This document shows, one piece after another, positions 12,501 through 25,981 of a DNA stretch of 64,000 nucleotides (position 1 is its first letter; each line of letters begins with the position of its first letter). The position numbers and the translations under genes are program-made. The notes below the pieces were generated by a model that saw only the letters and a list, made by a program, of their open reading frames with translations, searched no databases and had not been told where the DNA came from. The DNA is taken from positions 1 to 64,000 of the forward strand of contig ADNK01001946.1 of NCBI GenBank assembly GCA_000320545.1, in the 5' to 3' direction. Source of the stretch: Bigelowiella natans CCMP2755 (taxonomy: Eukaryota > Protista > Cercozoa).

Positions 12501-13524
12501 CCCTTTCTCAATCAAAACTGGGATTGCTCGAACTGCCTGTTCCTCGGTTTCTCCATCCCTTTAAATGTTTAAGCGTATGTCGAACTTCGCAGAATCATAC
12601 TATTGGCATTGTATGAATCTTTGAGGATATTCATGCATCTGATAGATCACCTGAAAGCCTTTTTCATCCAGGGAGCAATTTTGTTATCTTCTACTAAACT
12701 GTATAATAATAATCTTAATTAATTGTGGAAATAAGTGTAATAAAATCATAATTTAACCCGTTGAACATTAGACGGCACAGCTTAATAAGATGATTGCTCT
12801 CGTCCCTGAAATGTATTTGTCACAGAAGCTTAGTTCGAACATATTTCAATATTTACCTGAGAGCTTTAAAGGCCTCAACACATAAACCCACAAATTGCTT
12901 CCATCGTCTCCTGGTAGAAATGCAAGGAGATAATGACGATCTCAAAATATAGTTCTTTGAAATAACGTCACCGTTTTCGCAATGCTCGACGCATCTTCGT
13001 CTTAACCGCAAAATCAGGAGAATCTATAACAGCATAACACGATACACATTAGTTGTGACATCGAGAAGTACATAAATGGCTACTGACCTACATAACGTGT
13101 TTTTCTACCAAAGCAGTGCTTGAAGTCAATTTGAAGAAATATTCGGTCATCTGAAAAGCAAGCTCATTGGTTTGTATATGAAGCTACAGGGTTTTATCTC
13201 GAATAACCTTTTATCATAAAATTCGATTTATGTCTGTCTCGGCATCCAAGAATATAACATGCTACATAGGAGCCTATGGACAAATTTTCCAATTTTCACC
13301 CTTTTCAATAAACATTATCTGCTGAACTGAGATGCGTTATACCTGCAGCAGATCTTACAAATTCATCTAAGGTTGCATGGTCCATCAAATTGATTTTTTC
13401 TTCCGCAGGCCAGTTCTTATTAAGATGCAATGTTATTTCTAGTATAGGACAGCAAGGTGTGTCTTGATTACCAGGGATTCAGTGGCGTTAGCAACAAATT
13501 CCATAAGACCGGCATTTTTACTAT

Positions 13525-13562
<38 letters not shown>

Positions 13563-16500
13563 TTTAATTGCAAGAAGCATCTACCCTCAATTGTATTAAC
13601 CTTATAGCACAAATTTTAAACGTATAAGCATATGGTGTCAGCTTTTGCTTCATTGGAACAGATCTGAGTGGAATAGGAGAATTCTCAAATTTCTGATGAC
13701 TTGCGAAAACTTGTTGTCATTACCTCCAGATAACGTTAAATACCTCAAACATCCGCATTACCATCATATCTGTACGAATCTAAAGAATATAACAGATTAG
13801 TGTTTTATACCTTGAAATTGATTGCGAATGTGGTAATTGATGCAAAGAATCGATTACCTCATCTGGCTTGAATATGACTTTCCCTTCAAATGAATTCAAT
13901 CCTGATATACTCCCCGTTTACGTATTATCATATGTGTTGATAAAAAAATGACCTGAGAGTTTGATGCCTAGTAGGGTTGGCGCATGACCGGAAGAAAATC
14001 TACAAATTTTGAATAATAAATTCAATCCTATTATCTGTGTAGATTCTAACTTACTTTTTGATAACACGAATTGAAGTGACTGTTCTCTCTGGATAAAGGG
14101 GACATAGAATCTGTAGAGGATGGCCGATGTCACCATATTTTACCTGCAAATTCACATTAACATGATCAAGATTTTTTATACAGCATTCCAAATATGCTTA
14201 CGGAAGTGAACTCGCCATTTTTGTGAAAGAAGTTTACCTATAATTAGAATATAGCAATGCTGATCGTACTACATGGAACTTAAAAATATCATTACGGTAT
14301 CCAAAACTTGTGTCTGGGGAGCACCGACATTTACCAGTCGAATGTTCGAAAGATGGCACTAATTCACAAATCGAATGGTAGTATACATGATGGAAAAAAA
14401 ACATTGAACAGCAAGTACTGTGGTTGGCATGGATCTGTGAATCCAAAATGCCAGACGAAGGATAGTGGTATTGCCTGATTCAATCGTAGGGTTACAAAAA
14501 TAAATTGCTCAGAAATGATTTTTGAAATTTATACCTTTTATTCTCTTTCTCAAAACTTTGCTTGATTTTTGTAGAAGAATGGGCAACAATAGAATAATTT
14601 GTCTGTCTGTCATCTTCTGAATGTCGCCTTCACTTAGGATTCTCTGATGAGATTAGACAGCTTATTTCTCATTTTTCCTACAATACCAATGTTTCTAACC
14701 TTGCAGACACAATTATAAAGACGAATCTAAGACATAGTTACAGATTGTTTTAGTAAAATGTAATTTCATGTTCAGAAATAACGTATCGAGACTAAACAGT
14801 AGATAAGATGCAATACTACCTCGGACTCAACATCCTCATCGTAAAGATTTGGTGTTATTCTGAGGTCATTATAAACCGTAAACATTCTGCGCCAAACTTC
14901 ATGAACGTACCAAATATTTACCGGGTGAATTGTTCTTTAATTCCAGGGTAATTTCCTTTCCAATCCTAAGAGTAATAAAAAATACCATTTGACTATTCGA
15001 TCAATTTCTAGTGAGTAGGGAGTATAACCCTCTTGAAATATGCGACACAATTTGGATTCAGCGTTTTCTTTGCAGCTGTTCCATGATGAAATTCAACCTA
15101 CAAATATGAATTCCCACTGGATCGATAATGTCCTCATTCATTTTGATAACAGCCAAAATTATACCTTCAGAGTTCCTTCACGTCTAGATTCACCCTCTCG
15201 GATAATTCCCAAGCCAAAGCGAGTTCGCACATATATAGGAGTTCTCGAAAAAACATACTTTTCCATCTGAGAAAATAATTTGGCAATTATTCTTTCTTGC
15301 ACCTCACTTAGATGTCAAAATTCAACCAGGTCGAAAAATGTTAATCGTTTAGTCATTATACCATTAATCTATCATCGCGAGTTCTCTTCATATCATGCTC
15401 AAATACGGCGATAGATCGTTGAGTATCAGATAATTCGGACATAACTGTTCCTGTTAAAGTTACTTTCATTGCACATCCGTAATTTTATTTCATCTATCTC
15501 AAAATGGTGCTCTTTTTGCTAAGAATACAAGTAAATACCCTCGTCATCTGCATCGTCATCTGCATCGTCATCATCAGGAAGCTCAGAGCTTGATACCCAT
15601 TTCGATGCAGATAGCATTATCTGGGTTGAATACAATTATTCTAGGTGACTCTTACTAAAAATGTAAATGAAATTCCTGCTTCTTACCCTCGAATTGCTTT
15701 CTGGACGGTCTTAATGATGTCATAATATTCAATTCATGAGATGATTTATATCATATATTTGTACATAATGTACCTAGAGATTCGCTAATTTGAAGCGAAG
15801 TATCCCCCAGCTGAGAAAAATATAAATGTTCAGTCAACTGACAGAATATAAAATTATCCAAACATCTACCTTTTTATCTTTAGCAGGAATTTCTTTCTTT
15901 TTGACAAATCGAACGGAACTAATTTGTGGTTCGCCGTAGATTGTACCTTCTGGATCTGCCATTGCTAATTTGGCCCAAACCTATCATTGCAAGTTGTGAG
16001 AAATGAAACCAAAAATTTATATTTGGTCACATTTTACTCCGATTACCAGAAAATCCAACCGCTTAATGTATCCTATGAAAATAAAACAATTACGCGTTAA
16101 TATAATGCATTTATTTGTTTATTTGGTACTTCATGGAGATTAGATAACGTTTCTACCGTCTCCTTTATCAATGCGATCAAGAAAACGCAGTATGGCTTCG
16201 TTCAAGTCTCTGATATAAAGATATGAGCGAGTGGGTCATTTTAAAGATATACCAAATACCTTATCGAGCCTGTGCCTGGTCTTGATTTTGCATCTTCAGG
16301 GGACTAATATGAGGGAAAATTAATCAACATTTTGTCACTTTCAAAATTTTTATTCGTTTATATATTCGAATTCCCTTTTCAAACTGTACTTGCTACGAAA
16401 TTAGGCTTCGAAAAAATACATTCGTTTGTAGGAGCGATCCTGAATCTCCATTAATGTAGGGCTTTGTTCGCATCAGTTTTGCTGATAAGGATATATTGAT

Positions 16501-18161
16501 ACGCTTATTTCTTGGATTATTTGGTATTATCCCCCTGTTTGTCCACATAGGAGAGGCTGGCCTGCTTGCCATGTGGGGAGACGCCCGTGGAGACACTTGG
16601 GGAGTTGTTTGCTCGCTTCTTATCGCAGGAAGCGAAGATTTCGATGAGTTTAGATCGGAATTCAGGGTTCCTTGAGTTACCTGTATACAAACCAAATATT
16701 TTACTATCCTGGTTATAATATAATGATTAGTAGAATAGATTTACCGAGCTATGACTTGTTTTCTTCTCGGAACTGTTAATTGGATGAAAAGCTAGGGACA
16801 TAATCGTATTGTCTCCATCTTCATGGGTTCGTCCGTTCCTATTGTTCAGTATTGCTTTGATAATATTAACGAGTGTTTCAATTTCAAATATCTTACTCTA
16901 TTATGCCAGGGCCGTTTGAGATTTTCGGTGGGATAACAAAGTTGCCCCTAGTACTTAGGAATTAATCAACTTATCACAAAAATGAAAGATGGTTTTACAT
17001 ACCCAAATGACCGTGTTCTTCTACGAAGTCGTCGACCATTCAATTCCCTCGTTTTTGGAGAATCCTTTGAGAGTAGTTATGAGCTATATCGTAGTTTCAA
17101 CTTTGAAGATCTATACCATAGATGATATGACTTTTTCACTCTTCGAATGGCCTATTTTCTATGTGATCAATACCTCATGAATACAGTAATAGTCGACAAT
17201 ATTCAATATCAAACCTTCTTTTCTACATTATCCCCAGTATGGTCACCTGTTGTAATACAATACTGATTAACGAACTTAAAGGGTTCTGTGGTTTCGTAAC
17301 CTAGCTTTTTCCTGCGTCTCAGTTTAATAGCTTTTCGTGCTTGTGCTCGAAATACCTATGATAAACTTTAATAATGGGAACATTCCTTGATCTTAGTGAG
17401 ATGCAATACCAAATCCTTTAACAACGCAGCGGCCTATAAAAAGCATGAATTTTTTAAATTGGGAAATTGAGAAATGAGCAAGCAAACTATTTGTCACGTA
17501 CTCTCTCTTTGGCCAGAAATTCACCATCCTCTGCTACGCGATGCCATAGCTATGAAAATAGTATCTTACCACATAATTTATTTTACACCTTGCAACATCA
17601 CTACCTTTTCAAGAACTTTGTTTGTGCTGTGAGGATTTGCTTTTTGACTTTCAAACTCAATGAAAGCGTCGTCGATAGCACCAATTATTTCATCTTGTGT
17701 GGAGTTTGAATTTCCCATTCTTACTCATATGCCAGCGATAACCTTCTGCTCAATCCTTGCTCCCCATCTGCCAATTGTAAAAGAGAATCTAGGTTGAGTT
17801 CACGTGCATTCTACCCCATCTCGTGGACGAAACATTTGGCAAAATCTTTTGTCATAACTTGAAGAATCACAAAAACCATAAGCATTTAGACCTGCGACAA
17901 GCAAATATGACCACGAGAGCACTGCAATTCCATGAAGCGAAAAAATGAATTTCAAATAATTCGTCGCTCTAGGCCATTCTCCCACAAAGGTGCGTCAACA
18001 ATGGAGCTCATCTGAATTGACGTTGTTCAAGAAAAAAGCGATGTAGGATATTGTCGCAGGCTTGAATCGACCTGCAGCATGAAAGTGCTGGAAATGAGCA
18101 TTACCTCGATCTTCAGCTTGTTCGGAAATTGCGCTCGCGGCACGCTTGAACACACTGACAT
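9547..18161 (-). CDS. Phosphoinositide 3-kinase-like protein (PI3/PI4-kinase catalytic domain), dozens of short introns; 5' end uncertain
   Basis: Manual splicing of mostly 45-90 nt GT-AG introns gives KVIFKPDE-IRTDMMVMRMFEVFNVIW, GLMEFV, DEFVRSAAG-SYVACYILGCRDRHKSNFMIK-DDRIFLQIDFKHCFG and WKQFVGLCVEAFKALR (about 12850-13900). An EF-hand-like segment DRIDKGDGYIKRLDFL lies at about 16050-16210. A long Ser/Pro-rich tail ends at a probable TAA at 9547-9549. Confidence 0.85.
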
Positions 18162-18720
18162 GGTGAGCACTTTGAAGCAACCCATCGTTCTCAAAGAAAG
18201 TGTGATTGCCTCAAAACGATGGAATTTCTTCGTTCACCGTTTGAGAGCTGCAGGGACACAAGGCACGCAAGCCCACAACGCGAGCTAGGCATCGAGTTGC
18301 GTCAGGCGCCACGCAGACACAGCTAGCTAGAGGAGCGGTGGATGAAAGCGCCTGTGGCCTGTGGCTAGCTAGCAGGCTTTTTTTCGCCGCTCATCATGAA
18401 TGCGAATGTGGCATGTGACTCCCTGCTCGTCATGTTTCAATCCGATTTCCATCGTCATTGCCCTCATTTCAATGGTGCACAAACACAACAAGTACTCATG
18501 GCAGAGGATGCTCTAGATGCTGCTGACAATCATGATGGCGAATCTGAACATGATGGTTTTCTTCATGTGGAACATCCAATCATGCAATGCACTCCTGGTT
18601 TGCAGCGGAAGCTCGTGTGCAGTGCATTGAAAGTTGTGGTGAGTGCAATGATGATTTGCAAAGGAAATCGCTGTGATGACAATTTGAACTTACAAAAAAA
18701 CTACTTTTTGCCTTAATGCA
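18110..18720. other. TpA-depleted patch 3
   Basis: TA occurs almost only in gctagctag/ctag contexts. The patch overlaps the 5' end of the PI3K-like gene. Confidence 0.75.
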
Positions 18721-19028
18721 TGGAAGATGTGATGGTGTAGCGAACCACAAACCATAATGGATAAGGAAGTACTCTGTTTCCTACATCTCTCTCACGAGAG
18801 CAAGATTACATACAGAAATGCTTTCCGTGGAGACAATAATCCCTGTCAGCTCCAATCAAAAATCATCGGAGGGACTTGCGATGCCAAACGATGATGCATC
18901 GCGACTAAAATACAAACTTCTGTTTTATCTGTTTCTTTTGAAGAGCGGTGTCGCTCGATGACTTCTCAACATATATTTTATTTCTGAGGTCAATCTAATA
19001 TGGAATGGCGGATGACGATAGTCCATCA

Positions 19029-19813
19029 CTATCGGTTCCCCCAAGCAGGCTTTAGAAATATTTCATTGAAAATATTCGTGACAAGTAGAAGCCCTACCCT
19101 TGCCTCCGCGCCATTGATGAGAAACCGAATACCGTGACGTGCATAAACGTGTCTCATCGCGCCCCAATAGCTGAGGGACTGGCTCATTTGCATCGCTGTC
19201 TGGCAAACATGAAAACCATGCGACACGTATATTGCTACAACTGAGATCCTTCGAACTGAGATCCAGTGCTTGGCAGTGACGGTAGTCTTATCAGTGCTAG
19301 GAAGGACAGGATCAAGATACCTCTCGCTGAATCTATGCGACAGCATGAAGGGCCCACCCTGCGAGATAATGTCGCGCGCAAATGCGAAGAGAGAACCTCG
19401 GAATATGCCGCTAAGTTTTACCGCTGGTACAACTCCCAATCTACGGGCTAGCTCTATGTTGGCGTGGCCGTGGATCCCCCCCTGAAGAACACCCAATGCC
19501 GCGAAGGCCACCCAAGGGTTCATGTTGTCCTTGATAGGTGTAGCAACGTTTACCTGGACCATCCGCAGGGCTGCTTGTTGGGGGTATATTCACGTACAGA
19601 GACGTAGGTGTGAGGCTTTGACCCCGGGGTTAAGGCGCGTGATTTGATAGAGGTTCATCATTGGGGAGAACACGGAAATGCCCAGGCTATAACCTAACCT
19701 GTAAATAGGGCTTGCCGACGTATGGAGAGCTGCGCCTCTTTATGAGGAGGACCAAACTCTTTATGAGGAGGACCAAATGTCTCCACGTGATCTTTGAGGT
19801 GGGTGTTTTGCAT
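19029..19813 (-). pseudogene. Disrupted membrane protein gene, distantly mitochondrial-carrier-like
   Basis: ATG at 19813, an apparent 1-nt frameshift near 19698 (ALFTG/LGYSLG), an in-frame TGA at 19590-19592, then the 177-aa ORF. Carrier-like segments GIFRGSLFAFARD and SHGFHVCQTAMQ; family assignment is weak. Confidence 0.55.
19736..19777. repeat. Perfect 21-bp tandem duplication (ctctttatgaggaggaccaaa x2)
   Basis: Directly visible; it encodes FGPPHKE twice on the minus strand. Confidence 0.95.
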
Positions 19814-20109
19814 CACGGTACAATGTTTCCGACGCCTCCCCCCTCTCTACTCTCCTCCTGTGTGCTCTGTTAGCAGGATTTTTCTCATGGGAATCCTCTT
19901 TCAACAGCTGGGGAGAACTGACAAATACAGGCGTTTCCTTTGCTACGACATGAGTCCAGAGCGGCTTGCTGGTGCTTTTTCGGGGGAATGTGCGAGTACG
20001 AGCATCCCACTCTTTTTTGAAGTTTTTGGACGCGCTGATTTCACCTGAAAATGAGGAAAATGTCGTTGCCGCTTCGTGAAAATCCCCTCCATTTGTGAGA
20101 GGCCTTGCG

Positions 20110-20770
20110 ATGCACATGCTCCCCCCTCGCAGCTTGGCCGCTGCAGGCGGTCTCATCCTCGCCGTTGGCCTAGTTCAGCACACCCACAATCCTTCTCGTT
20201 TTTTTCTTTCATCTAGTCATAGGCGATTAACGAGTGTGAGAAGAAGGTCTATGTCGACTGCGGCATTGGGGAAAGCCATTGGGACATCCCAGGAGCTCCC
20301 GTTGATTGTGAGAGAGTTGAGCGATGCAAGCCTTACTTTTCCAAAGGGCCGGACATCAGCCTTGGAGATTGCCTCAAAGTGGAAGAACAGGTTTGGTGGC
20401 CTCATGGGCGGCGCCGCACTTGTGAACAAACAGCCGCAGCTATCATCACGCACGTTGTCCTCCAAGGAGAAGCAGATCGAGACCGGTGCATTGAGCGACT
20501 ACCAATGGAGAAACCATTGGTACGCCGTCGGATTTGAGGAGGACATGCCACTCCCAGGATCGAAGCGCCCACTACCTTACAGCATCTTCGACGAGCCGTA
20601 CGTGCTGTTTCGAGATGAAAAGGGGGCGCTCTCAGCACTTCTGGACAGGTCCTGGTTCCACACACATGTATGTGTGCTTACTGCGCTTAGAAAATCACTT
20701 TTACTTTCACGAAACCAAACACTATGATATATCCAATCTTCTTCCCTCTCCTTCTTTCTCTCTTTCTCTC

Positions 20771-20811
<41 letters not shown>

Positions 20812-21779
20812 GTTTCAACTTCCTTCTCAGATGCCCGCATCGGCAGGCAAAGCTGAGCGAAGGGATTGTGCGAGGCGGCCGCATTGAGTGCGCGTACCAT
20901 GGCTGGAGGTTTGATAGCAAGGGAACCTGTGTAGAAATCCCCCAACTCGACGAGAACGCATCCATTCCTAAAAGAGCTTGTATGCGAGAGGTGCCGGTTG
21001 GAGTCTCTGAGGGGATTGTGTTTCTGTGGCCCGGCTCGCCTGAGCTCGCAACGAACACCCCTCTCCCAAGGTCTAAAGCAGATCTGGATAGGAACGGAAA
21101 GGACTACATCATCAACAGCTTTGTATGAACCCAGAAACCCCTCTTTCTTTTTCCTTTGGCTTTGACAATGATGCCTAATCCACATAAAAGTACTCTACCT
21201 TCTCTTCGGCGCACACTACGCGCCTACTACATCCCTTTGCGACATGCTGAGACTCCATTGCTCCCCCCCCCCCCCCCCCCCCCACTCTGTTTGACCACTC
21301 CCACGATAAAATCCATCGGCAGGTCACCGACCTGCCGTATTCGTACGAGTATCTGCTAGAAAACCTCATCGATCCGGCGCACATCCCCGTCTCCCACGAT
21401 CGGACCCCTGGAGGGGGGTTCATCGAAGATGCCCAAGCGTTGGATATGGTCGTCGATAGTATCACTGCGCAAGAGGGGGTGCGAGGACGGTACCGCGGCT
21501 CGAGGTCCAGCCCCTTCTCCTTCAGCCTCAAGTCGGCTCTCGAGAAGAGAAGGAAGCACGAAGAGGAAAAGGCGAGGAGGGCTGCCGGAGCAGCGGTTGC
21601 GGAGAACGACATGGAATACACCCAGGTTCGCATGCAGCCGCCAGGGATTTTGCGTCAGGGCGATGAGGCGGGGGTCTTCGAAGCTGCTCTTCATTGCATG
21701 CCGACGGGCCGGGGCAAGAGTCGGCTGTTATTCCGCACCGCCTTTCGCGTGATGCCAGGGTTGTCCCGCAACTTTGTTC

Positions 21780-21819
<40 letters not shown>

Positions 21820-22740
21820 TATATATGTGTGTGTGTGTGTACATTATGCAATTTTCCAATCGTACGCCTCGCGCCAGTGATAGGCGCGAAGTCGCTTAAA
21901 CCCCCGCTTTTCTGTAATACCTTCTACGAAACAACACCCACAACAACAGCAGATTGATCATAAAACGCAAAAGACTGGCCGCTAGCGTTGATACACACTG
22001 TCGTTCTGCTGCGCGTTTGAAACAAGCAACAACAAACAACAACAACAACAACAACACACAGGTGGAAGGGCTTCCTCTTCCGGGTGCTGATCTCAATGAA
22101 GCCGCAATGGATGAAAAACCTCAACTCATGCAAGATACTTGAGCAGGATCTTGGCTTGATAACTAGCCAGGAGGACTTCATGCGCTCGCCGAGCTCTCCT
22201 CCCCCCCTGCCCGCCGGCGAAGCAGCCACCGACGCACAGACGCCGCCGCCGTGCGAGCGCAACTGGGAAGACACGTGCTTGAACCTTGGGACGCAGGACA
22301 AACTCGTTGTCGCGGTGAGAGAATGGCTAGATGGCGTTGGCCCCTCCCTGCCATACTATGAAGGCTGGAAGAGCAGGTCGCCTCCTGTTCTCAGCTACGA
22401 TGCTGCCTCCACCCCATCCGTGCTGCCTTCTCTCCTCAGCAGCTCGCCGACCCTAGATCCGCACCACCGCGCGCAAACGAGCAGGTACTACCGGCATGTG
22501 CTCAACTCGAGGCTCTCTCGCAAGGCCCTCCATGCGGTGGAGAGGGGGCAAGTGCTGGCGAAAGCAGTAATGGCTGTCAGCTTGGCGATGGGCATGCTGT
22601 CGCGTTGGGAGCCTACCGCTATAGCCCAGGCCGTTTGCGCCGCCGGTTTTCTCTCCGCGGCGGCTGCCGCAGCGGGCCTCTCCATGATCGAGAAGAGCTT
22701 TTACAAGAACTTTGAGCGCCACCCGAAGACGACGTGGTAG
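20110..22740 (+). CDS. Rieske [2Fe-2S] non-heme iron oxygenase, PAO/Tic55/PTC52 family, probably plastid-targeted, 4 exons
   Basis: WRNHWYAV, Rieske motifs DRCPHR and ECAYHGWRFD, mononuclear Fe motif ENLIDPAHIPVSH, and ILEQD. Introns at about 20649-20830, 21123-21322 and 21760-22061. Hydrophobic N-terminus followed by a Ser/Arg-rich stretch. Confidence 0.9.
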
Positions 22741-23702
22741 CAGCCGCGGGAATGAAAAAGAGGGAGATGCAAAGAACTCGCCGTCGCCGGCCGAGGCGGA
22801 GACTCTCGGTGGTAAAGGCGATATCTGACCTTGCAACCTAACAGCGGCAGTTAAATAATAATATTACTGTTTTTTTAAAAATTATCTCAAAAATGCACTA
22901 TTCAAGGGAAATCTATTGGTAAAGCACAGGATAGGCGGCGCTTAGTGGAGGGTGGGGATTTTGTTTTGTGTACAGAGTAACATTGCCGCGAGCCTTTAGT
23001 GGTTGGCGTTCACGGAATACAAGCTAAAATCATTGTATAGCTTCGTGATTATTGAATCAAAATTGATACGCCTCCAAATATTTCGGAATCTGTGTCTCAC
23101 AACGCAAGATCTGACAGATAATCAATGATCAGTAGGGCGTTATTTATTGCCCAGTTCTTAGAGGTGGGAACATGTGCGCAAATGTCACATGAATAAAGAG
23201 AAAAACTCACAATGCTGCATTAGAATTAACTTTCGAAGACCGTATGAAGACAGGGGTATTTCTGATGCATGTTTTATACGTGTCGTACATATCCAATTAC
23301 GCTGATGAAGTACAGCACCCGGCTACTTCATTTAATCATGCCGCTCATCGCGCACGTACGTAGTCATAGCATCAAGGTGTGCAAGCCGCGTATTAGACCT
23401 CATATAGCTTGGGTATTTGTGCATATTGCATTGCAACAAGCGCAAGGTACGATGATAGCGGAAAAAACGATTAACAGCGCACACAATTACATACCATGTT
23501 AGCATAAAACCTGTATTGCGCAGCAGCAGCAATAAGAACAGAAGCAAACCATGTCTATCACAGCACACATGAATGATTCGGGATGTCACTAGATGATGGT
23601 GCGTACTATGGCCTTTTCAATGCAAGCAGCAAATACTCAAACACCATTTCCAACATTCTCCAGACGTCACATTTCATCCTTCTTCTCCGCCTGGCTTTCT
23701 CT

Positions 23703-24724
23703 CTAGTCCCTGCTGTTTTTCTCCTCTCGTCGTTTCTTCTCAGCTACAATTCGCTCCCTTTTAAAGGCGTTGGCGACGCGGTACACGTCCGGAGCCTGAA
23801 GAATATTTCGAACATGATCATACCTCAAAACTAGCGGTATAAGAACCTGCGCAGAAACTGATGGGCCACATCAATTAAAAAAAAAAAGAATGAAAAATCT
23901 CATGTCACAGGGACAGGATTGACAGAGTTGATGTTTTCTCGGATTCACATCCTGGCTCTAATCCGCCGCTTGGCGATTGGTGCCGGCCTGCGGGTGCATG
24001 CCGGCGGTTGGAAATCATACCGGGAGGAAGTACCCCACGTACTCTACTTCATCCGGAGTCGTATCGAAATGGTAGTGGCCTGTGCCCAAAAACAATGCAA
24101 GCACACCGGAGTCAAAACCTCGGGTTCGTTAGTAAAATCTATAGGCCACGGCACAGCCGAGTACTCGAGGAAGCAATATTGCCAAAGCCCCGTCATCGCC
24201 ACTGCTGGTGGACGCGCGTACGTGTGTGCGGGTGTGCGTGTGTGCGCGTGTACATGTGTGCGTGCTTCCGTTTCATCATTCTGTATGATCCTTCTTTCAT
24301 GTCGCCTTCTCGTGGATAATGCGAATTCATTCGAATCTCCTTGCACCCCCAACACTATCGCACGTGTTGATTCATTTGCCAAAATGACCGCCCACATCAT
24401 CATCGTTATAAAGATTTTCGAATTCTATCTTCTCTCCCCCCTCCTCTTTCTCCCCGTCTTTTTCTTCTTTTTCTTCTTCTCCTTCAGATCTCGTTCAATG
24501 TTGTTCTCTTCCTCACAGAACCTCCTTCATTTGTTCTTTGGGAGAAGAAATGCGTGTGCTCCAGCCTCAGATCCAAGCCGTTGGGATTCGACTGCCAACA
24601 AACGACGAGAATAATCAAAATGTCCAAAGAGCGGGTTAGAGTTTTGCATTTGCAGCGATGTCGCCAGGCAAAGCACTGTTTCTGTTTACAAACACACACA
24701 CACACACACACACACAGACAGAGA

Positions 24725-24756
<32 letters not shown>

Positions 24757-25424
24757 GAAAGAGAGAGCGTCTTCCTTCGCCGAAGAAAGAGTCGTCGTCG
24801 TTGAATGCGTGTTGTGTTTTGTCGGTGCACATTAACCAACCGGGGCAATGGTGGGGTCACCCGTAAGGAACACCGAGAGACACGTCAGGTCAGGGCCTGA
24901 TTTTCCAAAAACAAGTCAAAATCGTCGCCTCATGCCAAAAGCAGGTGCCATAACATGCCTTCCTGGCATTGTCTAACAGCGCTGGCAAAGGCAGCGACGA
25001 TTGCCGTGCCGCTACCACGCAAACCTCCGACGCAATGTGACGTGGCATGAGTTCCAAATCATCCAACGCGCAAGAAGTACCCATCTCGTAGAACTGAAGC
25101 CAATCCTCGACTTCTGGGCCGTCAATCTGCAGATAATCGCAATAGTTCTCAGCATACAAACGGACACGCACGCGCACGCACGCACGCACATAAACCTTTT
25201 CGCGCGCGCGTACAAAAGCAGAAACACACCCAGATGATAACCACCCAAAATACGATTTTTCCGCCATTTCAAGAGCTGATTACTGTGCTTTTAATGATGC
25301 AACGCTGCTGTCATTACCATGACAGTGGGCTTGAAATCCGGCATAACGTGCCCGCGGACCTTCATAAACCAATACACAACGAACACACACACACACACAC
25401 ACACACACATAAACATAATCTTAT

Positions 25425-25470
<46 letters not shown>

Positions 25471-25585
25471 CTTTCATCTATATCACCTTGCCGCTTTTGA
25501 CTTTAAAGACCCCCCCAATCCCGATTTGTCGAGTGCCGAACTTGTATGGTGAAACGTCAGGGAACACACACACACGCGCGCGCGC

Positions 25586-25629
<44 letters not shown>

Positions 25630-25943
25630 GAGAAATTAGAAGCAATCAAAGCCCATACTGAGCAGAGTGTAGTCTACTCATAAACACGACTTTGACGAGC
25701 TTCCACCAAAACAAATACACCGACTGGGGAAATACCTCCTGCGACAGGGTGGAAAATGACGCAGTGGCGGTGTCGACTAGCTAGGTTGTGTCTCAGATAG
25801 CAATAGTGATGAAAGAGAAGAGAGAAAACGGGGAATCGGCCATGAGTGTCGCACCCTCTTCTCGTTCTTCTCGTCTTCGGCTTGCAAGCCTTTTGCAAGC
25901 CCGGTGCTGGATGAAATTACGAATGTGATACAATATATGTTTA

Positions 25944-25981
<38 letters not shown>

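Noticed and set aside
9547-17750. Nucleomorph-derived or viral insert
   Set aside because: Introns are mostly 45-90 nt, not the roughly 18-23 nt of chlorarachniophyte nucleomorphs. The product is a eukaryotic lipid-kinase-like protein and no viral hallmark genes are visible.
18396-18716. Cys/His/Met-rich ORFs in depleted patches (also 4992-5354, 8570-8904, 35987-36565, 50555-50866)
   Set aside because: Loss of TA removes TAA/TAG stops and creates CAY/TGY/ATG codons, producing spurious ORFs with no recognisable domains.
6814-19592. Stop-codon reassignment suggested by in-frame TAG/TGA in three loci
   Set aside because: Other genes terminate normally at TAA, TAG and TGA and have no internal stops. 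The three cases are in degraded or frameshifted loci.
22740-23700. Expected TpA-depleted patch between convergent genes
   Set aside because: TA is abundant here. It is recorded as a counterexample to a strict 3'-end rule.
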